This document shows, piece by piece, positions 1-9,275 of a stretch of 45,228 nucleotides of DNA (position 1 is its first letter; every line of letters starts with the position of its first letter). Made by a program: the position numbers and the translations under genes. The notes under the pieces are model-generated. The model was not told where the DNA came from, searched no databases, and worked only from the letters and a program-made list of their open reading frames with translations. Origin of the DNA: Wenzhouxiangella sp. (GTDB lineage Bacteria; Pseudomonadota; Gammaproteobacteria; Xanthomonadales; Wenzhouxiangellaceae); assembly GCA_007121485.1 (NCBI GenBank), contig SKKM01000023.1:1-45228 (forward strand), in the 5' to 3' direction.

Positions 1-1915
1 CGAACAGGTAGATGTCCTTGAAGTCCTCGTAGGGATAGTCAGTCGGGACATTGGCGGTCTTGGAGATCGACGAGTCGATCCACTTCTGCGCCGCCGCCTG
101 GATGGCCACGTGCTCCTTCGGCGTGATGGTCTCGGCGGTGACGAAATAGTCCGGCAGCTGTTCGTCCGGGTTTTCCGAGTACGGCATAGCCGAGGGGTTG
201 ACCAGGGTGCGATAGGCCAGCAGCTCGTAGGAATAGACGCTGACCTTCTCCTTGCTCTTCTTGCCCTCACGGATCACGTTGCGGTTGTAGTGGTGGGCGA
301 AGCTCGGCTCGATGCCGTTCGAGGCGTTGTTGGCCAGCGACAGCGAAATCGTGCCGGTCGGTGCGATCGAGGTGTGGTGGGTGAAGCGGGCACCGGTTTC
401 GGCCAGGCGGTCGACCAGTTCGGGCGCCACTTCGGCCACTTTCTGCATGTAGCGGCTGTAGCGGGCATGCAGCACCCTGCCCGGCAGGCGGTCGCCGGCC
501 TCCACGCCGTCGCGCGCCATTTCCGGGCGCAGGCGCAGCATTTGCGGGGTGACTTCGAACAGATCGTTCATGATCGGCGCCGGGCCCTTTTCCTCGGCCA
601 GTTCGAGCGCGGTTTCCCAGCCGGCCACGGCCATCTCCTGCGATACCTGGTCGGTAAAGGCCAGAGACTCGTCGTGGCCGTATTTCATGCCGAGCATGGT
701 CAGGGTCGAGCCCAGGCCGAGGAAACCCATGCCATGGCGGCGCTTGTACTCGATCTCGCGACGCTGCTCGGCCAGCGGGAGGCCGTTGATTTCGACCACG
801 TTGTCCAGCATGCGCGTGAACACCTTGACCGTGCGCCGATAGTCGTCCCAGTTGAAGCGGGCCTGCTCGGTGAAGGGGTTTTCGACGAATCGGGTCAGGT
901 TGACCGAGCCCAGCAGGCAGGCCCCGTACGGCGGCAGCGGCTGCTCGCCGCAGGGATTGGTGGCGCGGATGTTCTCGATCCACCAGTTGTTGTTCTGCTC
1001 GTTGATGCGATCGACCAGCACGAAGCCGGGCTCGGCGAAGTCATAGGTCGAGGTCATAATCATGTTCCACAGGCGCCGGGCCGGCACCGTGCGGTAGATC
1101 TTGCAGGCCACCAGGCCGTCGGCACTGGTCACGTAGCCGGCGGTATTCGGCCAGTCGCGCCAGACCACCTGTTCCGGGTCCTGCAGATCCAGGTCGCCGA
1201 CCTCGGAATCAAGGATCGGGAAGACCAGCTGCCAGTCGGCGTCGTCCTGCACCGCGCGAATGAAATCGTCGGTGATCAGCAACGAGCAGTTGAACTGGCG
1301 CAGCACGCCGTTCTCGCGCTTGGCGCGGATGAAGTCCATCACGTCGGGGTGCGAGATGTCGAAGGTCGCCATCTGCGCACCGCGGCGGCCGCCGGCGGAC
1401 GATACCGTGAAGCACATCTTGTCGTAGATGTCCATGAACGACAGCGGCCCCGAGGTGTAGGCACCCGCGCCGGACACGTAGGCGCCCTTGGGGCGCAGCG
1501 TGGAGAACTCGTAGCCGATGCCGCAGCCGGCCTTGAGCGTCAGCCCGGCCTCGTGCACCTTGCCGAGGATGTCGTTCATCGAATCGCCGATGGTGCCGGA
1601 GACAGTGCAGTTGATGGTCGAGGTGGCCGGCTTGTGCTCGCGCGCACCGGCGTTGGAGGTGATCCGTCCGGCCGGAATGGCGCCGCGGCGCAACGCCCAC
1701 AGGAATTCACGGAACCAGAAGGACCTCAACTCGGGAGTCTGCTCCACGTCGGCCAGGGCCCGGGCCACGCGCCGATAGGTATCGTCGATCTCCTGGTCGA
1801 TGATTTCCCCCGACTTGGACTTCAGTCGGTACTTCTTGTCCCAGATATCGATCGATGCTTCCTGGAAGGCAATCTCCGGAAGCGCCGCCGATAATGCTTC
1901 TGCCGAAACGCTCAT
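1..1915 (-). CDS. nrdJ: Adenosylcobalamin-dependent (class II) ribonucleotide reductase, NrdJ/NrdJa type; 3' end runs off the window
   Basis: Not in the ORF track (no stop in window). Hand translation from ATG 1915 (GAGG upstream): MSVSAEALSAALPEIAFQEASIDIWDKKYRL..., TINCTVS, GGRRGAQM, ATNPCGEQPL (thiyl-radical Cys), GACLLGS, SIAPTGTISL, WIDSSISKT; no N-terminal ATP cone. Confidence 0.93.
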   Translation of the reverse strand, partial: MSVSAEALSAALPEIAFQEASIDIWDKKYRLKSKSGEIIDQEIDDTYRRVARALADVEQTPELRSFWFREFLWALRRGAIPAGRITSNAGAREHKPATSTINCTVSGTIGDSMNDILGKVHEAGLTLKAGCGIGYEFSTLRPKGAYVSGAGAYTSGPLSFMDIYDKMCFTVSSAGGRRGAQMATFDISHPDVMDFIRAKRENGVLRQFNCSLLITDDFIRAVQDDADWQLVFPILDSEVGDLDLQDPEQVVWRDWPNTAGYVTSADGLVACKIYRTVPARRLWNMIMTSTYDFAEPGFVLVDRINEQNNNWWIENIRATNPCGEQPLPPYGACLLGSVNLTRFVENPFTEQARFNWDDYRRTVKVFTRMLDNVVEINGLPLAEQRREIEYKRRHGMGFLGLGSTLTMLGMKYGHDESLAFTDQVSQEMAVAGWETALELAEEKGPAPIMNDLFEVTPQMLRLRPEMARDGVEAGDRLPGRVLHARYSRYMQKVAEVAPELVDRLAETGARFTHHTSIAPTGTISLSLANNASNGIEPSFAHHYNRNVIREGKKSKEKVSVYSYELLAYRTLVNPSAMPYSENPDEQLPDYFVTAETITPKEHVAIQAAAQKWIDSSISKTANVPTDYPYEDFKDIYLF

Positions 1916-1950
1916 GCCGCAACCTCTTGATTTGCTCGATTTGTTATGAC

Positions 1951-1982
1951 TTATGCACAGGTTGCCCACCGCTTTTTTCACA
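1951..1982. promoter_or_regulatory. Two DnaA-box-like 9-mers in the nrdJ leader
   Basis: TTATGCACA (1951-1959) and TTTTTCACA (1974-1982) both fit TTWTNCACA; the second overlaps an NrdR box. Confidence 0.45.
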
Positions 1983-2025
1983 ACCTGTTGTGCCCCGTAG
2001 GCAATTGCGGCACAACATCTTGTGC
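1978..2025. promoter_or_regulatory. Tandem NrdR boxes
   Basis: tcACAACCTGTTGTgc (1978-1993) and gcACAACATCTTGTgc (2010-2025) match acaCwAtATaTwGtgt, start 32 bp apart and lie directly upstream of an RNR gene. Confidence 0.85.
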
Positions 2026-2036
2026 CGCGGTCGGTT

Positions 2037-2065
2037 ACCTTACGCCTACGCGGCGAGAGAATCAA
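2037..2065 (-). promoter_or_regulatory. Putative sigma70 promoter of nrdJ
   Basis: Minus strand TTGATT (2065-2060), 17 nt, TAAGGT (2042-2037); predicted start ~2030, just upstream of the NrdR boxes. Confidence 0.55.
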
Positions 2066-2091
2066 GCCCCTTGACGCCATTGGATGCCCGC

Positions 2092-2571
2092 ATGTTCGAA
2101 ATCGTCCTGCATCGCCCCGAGATCGCGCCCAACACCGGCAACATCATGCGCCTGTGCGTCAACGCTCCAGCCCGGCTGCATCTCATCGAACCGCTGGGCT
2201 TTCACCTCGACGACCGTCGTCTGCGCCGGGCCGGGATGGATTATCGCGAGCGCGCGGTCCTGCAGCGCCACCGGACGCTGCAGGACTGCATGGACTTTCT
2301 CGGTGAACGCCGCTGGGTGGCTTTCAGCAGCCATGCCCGGCGGCCGATGACGGACTGGTCGTTTCAGGCTGGAGACGTGCTGCTGTTCGGCAGCGAGACT
2401 GCGGGGCTGCCGTCCGATGTGCTGGATGGGATTCCCCGGGAGCAGCGGCTCACCATCCCGCAGATGCCCGGTGCGCGCAGCCTGAACCTGAGCAACGCCG
2501 TGGCCGTCGGGCTTTACGAGGCCTGGCGCCAGCAGGGTTTCGCCGGGGCGGTCAGGCCGACTCGGGCTTGA
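2092..2571 (+). CDS. trmL: tRNA (cytidine/uridine-34 2'-O)-methyltransferase TrmL (SPOUT), 159 aa
   Basis: MFEIVLHRPEIAPNTGNIMRLC, LRRAGMDY, FGSETAGL, RSLNLSNAV; start moved to ATG 2092. Confidence 0.93.
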   Translation: MFEIVLHRPEIAPNTGNIMRLCVNAPARLHLIEPLGFHLDDRRLRRAGMDYRERAVLQRHRTLQDCMDFLGERRWVAFSSHARRPMTDWSFQAGDVLLFGSETAGLPSDVLDGIPREQRLTIPQMPGARSLNLSNAVAVGLYEAWRQQGFAGAVRPTRA

Positions 2572-3553
2572 GACCGCGCTCCATCAGCACACGCACGCCT
2601 TTCTCGGCGCTCCAGCCCTTGAACAGGATGCCGTGCACCTGCTCCGTGATCGGCATTTCCACCTGGTGGCGGTCGGCCAGGCGCATGGCTTCCTCGGCGG
2701 TCTTGATGCCTTCGACCACCTGGCCGATTTCGGCCACGGCCTGCTCCAGGCCCTGTCCGCGGGCCAGGGCCATGCCCAGCTGCCGGTTGCGCGACAGGTC
2801 GCCGGTGCAGGTCAGGACGAGGTCACCCACCCCGGCCAGGCCGGTCAAGGTCAGGGGATCGGCGCCCAGAGCCTTGCCCAGGCGCATCATTTCGGCCAGG
2901 CCGCGGGTGATCAGGGCGGCCCGGGTGTTGCTGCCCAGGCCCAGGCCGTCGGCGATGCCGCAGGCGACCGCCAGCACGTTCTTCAGCGCCCCGCCCAGCT
3001 CGGCGCCGACCAGGTCGGCCGTGTAGTAGGCCCTGAAATTGTCGCCGTGCAGCAGCTCTGCCCATTGCGCCCCGAATTCCGGAGTGCTGGCGGCCACCGT
3101 CACCGCGGTCGGCAGTCCCTGCGCCACTTCGCGGGCAAATGAAGGTCCGGTGATCAGCGCCAGCGGAATGTCCGCGCTGAGCTTCTCTTCCGCCACCTCG
3201 TGCAGCAGACGCGCGGTACCCGGCTCGAAGCCCTTGCTGGCCCAGGCCAGGCCGGTGTCCGGCCGCAAATGGTCGCTCAGGCGCTCAAGGGTTTCGGCGA
3301 AGGCATGCGAGGGCGTGACGATCAGGTAGGCGGCCGCACCGGCACAGACCTGGTCGAAGTCGCCGCTGACCTCCAGGGCCTCGGGAAAGGCGATCCCCGG
3401 AAGGTAGCGCTCGTTGCTGCGCGCGGACTGCAGGCGCCGCGCGTGCTCGGCGTCGATGTCCCACAGCTTCGTGGAATAGCCGCGCCGCGCCAGGTGCATG
3501 CCCAGCGCGGTGCCCCAGGAACCGGCGCCGAAGACGGCGATCGGACCGGTCAT
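2552..3553 (-). CDS. gpsA: NAD(P)H-dependent glycerol-3-phosphate dehydrogenase
   Basis: GAGSWGTAL Rossmann motif, GPSFAREV, GGALKNV, GDLVLTCTGDLSRN; follows secB; start ATG 3553. Confidence 0.96.
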   Translation of the reverse strand: MTGPIAVFGAGSWGTALGMHLARRGYSTKLWDIDAEHARRLQSARSNERYLPGIAFPEALEVSGDFDQVCAGAAAYLIVTPSHAFAETLERLSDHLRPDTGLAWASKGFEPGTARLLHEVAEEKLSADIPLALITGPSFAREVAQGLPTAVTVAASTPEFGAQWAELLHGDNFRAYYTADLVGAELGGALKNVLAVACGIADGLGLGSNTRAALITRGLAEMMRLGKALGADPLTLTGLAGVGDLVLTCTGDLSRNRQLGMALARGQGLEQAVAEIGQVVEGIKTAEEAMRLADRHQVEMPITEQVHGILFKGWSAEKGVRVLMERGLKPESA

Positions 3554-3558
3554 CGGAC

Positions 3559-4071
3559 TCAGTTGTCGGCCTTGCCGTTCTCGGCCGGCTGGCCCTGCTG
3601 CTGGGCCTCGGCCAGGCGCTGCCGGAAGACCGCCTCGAAGTTGATCGGCTGCAGCGGCGGCAGGTAGAAGCCGCCGGCCGAGATCAGCGTGGCGATCTGG
3701 GCGCGGTTGTACGGGAACAGGACGTTCGGGCAGAGCACGTTGACAACATAGGCCATCTGGTCGTCGGTGACGTTGGCGAACTGGAAGATGCCGCCGTACT
3801 GCACCTCGCACACGAACGCGGTGCTCTGCGCCTGCTTGGCGGTGACGGTCACGGTCAGGATGACCTCGAGACGATCTTCACCGACCTTGTTGGTGCGCTG
3901 GGCCAGGTTCAAGTTGATGTCGGGCTGGCTGCCGGACTGGTCCAGTTCCTGCGGAGACTTGGCCTCGAAGGACGCGTCCTTGAGGTAGATGTGCTGCATG
4001 ACCATCTGCATGCCGGTGTTGGCAGCAGCGCCTGCCTGAGCGCCCGCGTTGGCGCCATTTTCTTCAGCCAT
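3559..4071 (-). CDS. secB: Protein-export chaperone SecB
   Basis: IYLKDASFE, CPNVLFPY, LQPINFEA; canonical yibN-secB-gpsA order. Confidence 0.95.
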   Translation of the reverse strand: MAEENGANAGAQAGAAANTGMQMVMQHIYLKDASFEAKSPQELDQSGSQPDINLNLAQRTNKVGEDRLEVILTVTVTAKQAQSTAFVCEVQYGGIFQFANVTDDQMAYVVNVLCPNVLFPYNRAQIATLISAGGFYLPPLQPINFEAVFRQRLAEAQQQGQPAENGKADN

Positions 4072-4134
4072 GTCGTTTCTTTATCCTTGAGTTCAGTTGA
4101 GAGTTTCGATCAATGGGGGCCAGGCCGGTGGAAT

Positions 4135-4629
4135 TCAGCCCTGGCTCTCTTCGGTCTCGGCCGCCTTCTTGCGCGGCTTGCCTTTCTTGGCCGCCTTGTC
4201 CTTGCTGGCCCGCGCGACCGGTTGGTTGTCGCTCAGCCACTGGGTCAGACCACCGCTGAGCATGTAGACCTGGGTAAAGCCCATCTTGGCCAGGCGCGTG
4301 GCCATCTGCGGCGAGATCTGACCGCGCTGGCAATAGACCAGCAGGGGACGCTCCTTGTGCTTGAGCAAGGACTGGTTGCCGGCCTCGATGCGCGAGGGCG
4401 GCATGTGCAGCGCGCCGTTGATGTGGGCCTTGGCGAAGTCGGTGCTGTTGGAAACGTCGAGAATCAGCGGATCCTCGCGGTTGATGAGGCGAACCGCCTC
4501 CAGCGTGCCGATTTCCTTCCACTTGCGCGCCAGGCGCGCGACCTCCCAGGCCAGCCACGCGACCAGGATGGCCACGAACAGGCCGGACAGCAGGAGATTG
4601 TTGCCGACGAATTCAATAAAACGGTCCAT
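4135..4629 (-). CDS. yibN: Membrane-anchored rhodanese-like protein (YibN-like)
   Basis: N-terminal TM (LLLSGLFVAILVAWL), AHINGA, YCQRG, LSGGLTQW; upstream of secB; start ATG 4629 chosen. Confidence 0.85.
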   Translation of the reverse strand: MDRFIEFVGNNLLLSGLFVAILVAWLAWEVARLARKWKEIGTLEAVRLINREDPLILDVSNSTDFAKAHINGALHMPPSRIEAGNQSLLKHKERPLLVYCQRGQISPQMATRLAKMGFTQVYMLSGGLTQWLSDNQPVARASKDKAAKKGKPRKKAAETEESQG

Positions 4630-4742
4630 GCGCTCAAGTGGTCTGGCCAAAGCTCCCCATTATCCTTCATTCATCCAGCTCGCGCCAGCGCCCGGGCTAT
4701 GAGTGTGGAATAATCTGGCTTTCATCCTTGCCCGAGGCGAGC

Positions 4743-6278
4743 ATGCTCAGACCTTCTCCCGTGGTTTTGCTGATCCTGGACGGCTGGGGTCACCGCGAAC
4801 CCGCACCGGACAACGCCATCAGCGCCGCACACACGCCGAACTGGGATCGCATCTGGGCTTCCAGCCCGCACGCCTTCCTGACCACCTCCGGCGAAGCGGT
4901 TGGGCTGCCGGACGGCCAGATGGGCAACTCCGAGGTCGGCCACATGAATCTCGGCGCCGGCCGCGTGGTGTACCAGGAACTGACCCGCATCAACAAGGCC
5001 ATCAAGTCCGGCGAATTCGCGCGCAATGAGGCCCTGCTGGAGGGCATCGAGGCCGCCTGCGCCAGCGGGGGCACGCTGCACATCATGGGGCTGCTGTCGC
5101 CCGGCGGGGTCCACAGTCATGAAGACCATGTCCTGGCCATGCTCAGGCTGGCCCTGGCCGAGCCCAGGCTCCGGCGCGTCGCCGTGCACGCCTTTCTCGA
5201 CGGGCGCGACATGCCGCCGCGCAGCGCGCGCGCATCCCTGCAGCGACTGCAACAGGCCGTCGGCGAGGATTCGCGCGCCGCGATCGCCGACATATGCGGG
5301 CGCTACTACGCCATGGACCGCGATCGACGCTGGGAGCGCACCGAGCGCGCCTGGCGCCTGATTGCAGAGGCCAGCGCCGAGCTCGAAGCCGACAGCGCCG
5401 TCGAGGCCCTCGATCAGGCCTACGAGCGCGGCGAGGATGACGAGTTCGTTCAGCCCACGCGCATCGGCGCTGCCTGCCCGCTGGCCGACGGCGATGTCGT
5501 CGTGTTCATGAATTTCCGCGCCGATCGCGCCCGCCAGCTCACCCAGGTTCTGATCGACCCTGAATTTGATGGTTTCTCCAGACGCCAGCCCGAGTTGGCG
5601 GCTTTGGTCACCCTGACCCGCTACCAGGACGATTTCAACTGCCCCGCCGCCTTTCCGCCGGCCAGCCTGCCGGAGCTCCTGGGCGAGGTCGTCGCCGAAG
5701 CGGGCATGAAGCAGCTGCGCATCGCCGAGACCGAGAAATACGCCCACGTCACTTATTTCTTCAATGGCGGCGACGAAAAGGTCTTTGCCGGTGAGGACCG
5801 CGTGCTGATCCCCTCGCCGAAAGTCGCGACCTACGACCTGCAGCCGGAAATGAGCGCGCCGGAACTGGAGCGGAAACTGGTTGCCGCCATCGAGGGCGGC
5901 GACTACGACCTGATCGTCTGCAACGTCGCCAATCCGGACATGGTCGGGCACAGCGGCAAGATGGAGGCCGCGGTGCGCGCCGTCGAGGCGGTCGATCGCC
6001 TGCTCGGCAGCGCGCTGGAGGCCCTGGACAAGGCCGGTGGAGAAATGCTGGTCACGGCCGACCACGGCAACGTCGAGCAAATGATCGACCCGGACAGCGG
6101 CCAGGCCCACACCGCGCACACGCTCAACCCGGTACCGCTGGTCTACGTCGGTCCGCGGCCGCCGGTCGCCATGCACGACGGCAGCCTGCGCGATATCGCC
6201 CCGACCCTGCTGCAGCTGCTCGGCCTGGCCAGACCGGAAGCCATGACCGGTCGACCGCTGTTTGATGTGGCGACTTGA
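4743..6278 (+). CDS. gpmI: 2,3-bisphosphoglycerate-independent phosphoglycerate mutase
   Basis: LLILDGWG, QMGNSEVGH, GGVHSH, AETEKYAHVT, DMVGH, TADHGN. Confidence 0.97.
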   Translation: MLRPSPVVLLILDGWGHREPAPDNAISAAHTPNWDRIWASSPHAFLTTSGEAVGLPDGQMGNSEVGHMNLGAGRVVYQELTRINKAIKSGEFARNEALLEGIEAACASGGTLHIMGLLSPGGVHSHEDHVLAMLRLALAEPRLRRVAVHAFLDGRDMPPRSARASLQRLQQAVGEDSRAAIADICGRYYAMDRDRRWERTERAWRLIAEASAELEADSAVEALDQAYERGEDDEFVQPTRIGAACPLADGDVVVFMNFRADRARQLTQVLIDPEFDGFSRRQPELAALVTLTRYQDDFNCPAAFPPASLPELLGEVVAEAGMKQLRIAETEKYAHVTYFFNGGDEKVFAGEDRVLIPSPKVATYDLQPEMSAPELERKLVAAIEGGDYDLIVCNVANPDMVGHSGKMEAAVRAVEAVDRLLGSALEALDKAGGEMLVTADHGNVEQMIDPDSGQAHTAHTLNPVPLVYVGPRPPVAMHDGSLRDIAPTLLQLLGLARPEAMTGRPLFDVAT

Positions 6279-7413
6279 ACGGCTGAGCACGGCCCTGCTT
6301 GTCGGCCTGGCCATGCTGCTGGCCTGGCCGGCGATGGCTGGCGACCAGGCCGAACTCGAATCTCGACTGGAGCAGCTGCGCGCGGAGATCGTGCGCATCC
6401 AGGCGCGCCTGGATTCGGACCTGGCCAGCCGCGACGCGCTGCGCCTGGAACTGGCCGAGGCCGAACGCGGCGTCGCCGACGCGGAACGCCGCAGGCGCGC
6501 AACGCGCCAAGCGCTGGATGAGGCGGAGCAGCGCATCGCCGTGCTGGAGCGTCGCATGGCAGCAATCACCGCCGAGGCGGACGAGGTCTCTGAACTGCTC
6601 GGCGCCCAGCTGCGCGTCGCGCACCAGCAGGGCGGACAGTCCAGGCTCAAGCTGCTGCTCAACCAGGACGACCCGCGCATTCTCGCCCGCCAGATGGCCT
6701 ATCACGGCTACCTTTCGCGGGCCCGACTGGCCTTGCTGGCCGAACTCGAGGCGCTGCAGGACCAGCTCGAGGACGGGCGCAGGGAACTGGCGGGCGAGCA
6801 GGCGCAGTTGATGGTCCTGGAGACGCAGCAGCTGGAAGAGCTTGAGCAACTGGAGACGGCGCGGCGTGGGCGCGATGCCGCAATGCGGCAACTGGAAACG
6901 CAGATCGCCTCGCAGGCCGCGCGGCTGGCGCAAATGCAGGAAGACGCCGCCGAGCTGGAACAACTGATCGAGGAGTTGGCCCTGGCGCTGCAGGACATTC
7001 CCATGGAGCTCGAGGTGCCCTCCATCCTGAGCCTGCAGGGCCAACTGCCCATGCCGGCCGACGGTCCCCTGAAGCGCCGCTTCGGCGATGCAAGGGGCGG
7101 TGAGTTGCGCTGGAACGGCTGGTTGATCGGCGCCGGATCAGGCGTGACCGTGCGGGCGATCGCCCATGGCCGCGTCGCCTACGCGGACTGGCTGCGGGGT
7201 TACGGTATGCTTCTGATCATCGACCACGGTGACGGCGTCATGAGTCTGTACGGCCACAACGAAAGCCTGCTGCACGGCGTTGGCGACTGGGTCGCCCCCG
7301 GGGATGCGATCGCCCTGGTCGGAGAGTCCGGCGGCGGCGAAGCCGGGCTGTATTTCGAGCTGCGCCGGGATGGGCGTCCGGTCAACCCGGCACAGTGGCT
7401 GGCGCGGCCCTGA
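6265..7413 (+). CDS. envC: Murein hydrolase activator EnvC (coiled coil plus degenerate M23/LytM)
   Basis: Signal peptide, long coiled coil, WNGWLI in place of HxxxD, YADWLRGYG, LYFELR; follows gpmI. Confidence 0.9.
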   Translation: MWRLERLSTALLVGLAMLLAWPAMAGDQAELESRLEQLRAEIVRIQARLDSDLASRDALRLELAEAERGVADAERRRRATRQALDEAEQRIAVLERRMAAITAEADEVSELLGAQLRVAHQQGGQSRLKLLLNQDDPRILARQMAYHGYLSRARLALLAELEALQDQLEDGRRELAGEQAQLMVLETQQLEELEQLETARRGRDAAMRQLETQIASQAARLAQMQEDAAELEQLIEELALALQDIPMELEVPSILSLQGQLPMPADGPLKRRFGDARGGELRWNGWLIGAGSGVTVRAIAHGRVAYADWLRGYGMLLIIDHGDGVMSLYGHNESLLHGVGDWVAPGDAIALVGESGGGEAGLYFELRRDGRPVNPAQWLARP

Positions 7414-8282
7414 TGCGCGTCGCTGTCTGTCTGCCAGGACCCGGGTCGGCTTGGCTGCGGCTCTTCCGCAGTCTGGCCTGGGGCGCGCTGCTGTTGTCGG
7501 CCGGGGCAGCGGCCGCGGAGAACGTTGCGCGCCTGGCAGTCATCGTCGACGATCTCGGCTTCCGCCAGGCGGAGGATCTGGCCATCCTCGAGCTGGATCG
7601 GCGGGTCAGCGTGGCCATCATCCCGAACGCCCCGCTGGCCCGGTACATGGCGGCCGAGGCGCGCCGGCAGCAGCGCATCACGCTGGTCCACCTGCCGCTG
7701 GCCCAGGGGCCGACCGGCGAATGCGACGCGCCGGTGTGTCCGCGCCGCGAGTGGTCGGCGGAGCGCATGCGCCAACACCTGGCCTGGGCCTTTGGCGAAG
7801 TGGAAGGCGCGGTCGGTCTGAACAACCACCAGGGGAGCCTGTTTACCGCTGACCTGGCGGCGACGAGAAGGTTGATTGAAGGGCTGAAGCTGTTCAGCCA
7901 CGAGCAGCCCTCGCCCCCTTTCATCCTCGACAGCCGCACCAGCCCGCAAAGCCGGCTGGCCGAACTGGCGGGCGGATCCGGCTTCCGTACGGCCCGGCGA
8001 GATATCTTTCTCGACCATGATCGCTCGCCCGAGGCCATGAATCGGGCGTGGAATGCCGCGCTCGCCGTGGCCCGACGCGAGGGCAGCGCGATCGTGATCG
8101 CCCATCCGCATCCCGAGACCATCGTGTTCCTGCGCCGCAGCCTGCCGGAGCTGGCGGCACACGGCGTGGCCCTGGTTGCATTACCGGAAGTGCTGCAGGA
8201 ACCCGCGCAACAGCCGGCCCGCTACGGCTACCCTGCCGCCGGGGTGGCCTACCGCTCGTCGATGGCGCCGCCGGGTCCGTAA
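7413..8282 (+). CDS. Divergent polysaccharide deacetylase family protein (YibQ-like)
   Basis: IVDDLG, VHLPL, GLNNHQGS, ILDSRT, RDIFLD, IAHPHP; TGATG coupling to envC. Confidence 0.88.
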   Translation: MRVAVCLPGPGSAWLRLFRSLAWGALLLSAGAAAAENVARLAVIVDDLGFRQAEDLAILELDRRVSVAIIPNAPLARYMAAEARRQQRITLVHLPLAQGPTGECDAPVCPRREWSAERMRQHLAWAFGEVEGAVGLNNHQGSLFTADLAATRRLIEGLKLFSHEQPSPPFILDSRTSPQSRLAELAGGSGFRTARRDIFLDHDRSPEAMNRAWNAALAVARREGSAIVIAHPHPETIVFLRRSLPELAAHGVALVALPEVLQEPAQQPARYGYPAAGVAYRSSMAPPGP

Positions 8283-9190
8283 CCGAACACCGGATCGAGT
8301 TCACTGGCGATCAGCTCGTCGACCCAGGCCAGGTCGTCTCCGTCCAGGTCGCGACAGTAGGCGCCCACCTGGGCCCGCCGCACCTTGCGCATTTCCGGGT
8401 CCGAGGCATCACGCAGCTTCAGCGAATTGTTGCGGAAGTAATTGCCCTCTTCCAGCTTGCGCATGTTGTCGAAATCGGTAAAGGCGACGGTTTGCTCGAT
8501 TTCCTGATCGCTGAAGTCTTCGCCGATGAAGCGACTGATGCATTCCAGCGCGGCCTGCGGCTGCAGGCGCAGATCCTCGTAGCGCACGATCAGCGCGTCC
8601 GGCCGGTCCTTGAGCTGCCCGGCCCAGAAGTTGTGGTAGCGGATCAGGGCCGGCAGGCCGAAATCGGGATGGCGCAGGAATTCGCTGCGGCCGATGTGCT
8701 CGCGGTCGATCGGCGTGCTCGCTTCCCACTCCAGCAGTTCGCGCTTGAAGGCCTTGGTGCGCTTGGTGTACTGGATGTACCAGGACACCACGATGTCGCC
8801 GGGATGACGCGCCACGAACAGGGTCTTCTTGCCGCTCAACTCGGCCGAACCGGCCCTGAAACGCTCCGCGATCACCTGTTCCCAGCTGAAATAGCCGTTG
8901 CTGATCAGCCAGCGCGGCAGTCCCTTTTTCTGCAGCGCCAACTCGTCGGACTTGAACACCCGGCGCGTGGAGATGCCGTAGTGCTGGGCATACAGGTGCG
9001 TCAGCATGGTTCTGAGCCAGGTGCCGCCGGTCTTGGGATGACGGATCATCAACAAGTCGGCGCGCTCAAGCAGGCGCAGCTGCAGCCGGCGCAGGAATTT
9101 CAGGCGCACGGCCACGCGCCATCTTTTGGGCAGAGGCGCACTCAAGACCAGGATGGTCCAGTGCAGGCCGCGATCGAGGCTCAGTACCAA
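8249..9190 (-). CDS. PAPS-dependent sulfotransferase domain protein
   Basis: 5'-PSB-like HPKTGGTW, 3'-PB-like RHPGDIVVS, RYEDL, C-terminal KVRRAQVG; TTG start with GGAGG upstream. Confidence 0.82.
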   Translation of the reverse strand: MVLSLDRGLHWTILVLSAPLPKRWRVAVRLKFLRRLQLRLLERADLLMIRHPKTGGTWLRTMLTHLYAQHYGISTRRVFKSDELALQKKGLPRWLISNGYFSWEQVIAERFRAGSAELSGKKTLFVARHPGDIVVSWYIQYTKRTKAFKRELLEWEASTPIDREHIGRSEFLRHPDFGLPALIRYHNFWAGQLKDRPDALIVRYEDLRLQPQAALECISRFIGEDFSDQEIEQTVAFTDFDNMRKLEEGNYFRNNSLKLRDASDPEMRKVRRAQVGAYCRDLDGDDLAWVDELIASELDPVFGYGPGGAIDER

Positions 9191-9235
9191 GACCGTCCTC
9201 CCCCCTCAGGCCGTTCCGGTTCGGTCACTCGACCA

Positions 9236-9256
9236 CGCCGCACCGGTGGTGCGGCG
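9236..9256. other. GC-rich hairpin between abgT and the sulfotransferase
   Basis: CGCCGCACC-GGT-GGTGCGGCG, perfect 9-bp stem; no U-tract on either side. Confidence 0.5.
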
Positions 9257-9275
9257 CGCAGGGCTGCACCACTCA

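Noticed and set aside
110-1894. Long opposite-strand or alternative-frame ORFs (110-1894 +, 4722-6680 -, 13486-15012 +, 20036-21853 -, 27012-28838 +, 40227-41954 +, 43102-44691 -)
   Set aside because: Shadow ORFs of well-supported genes; expected from high-GC codon bias, with no recognisable motifs.
1951-1982. Replication origin suggested by DnaA-like boxes
   Set aside because: Only two boxes, no AT-rich unwinding element and no dnaA/gidA context.
1916-2091. Cobalamin riboswitch upstream of the B12-dependent nrdJ
   Set aside because: The leader is only ~115 nt, has no recognisable B12-box and is explained by NrdR boxes.
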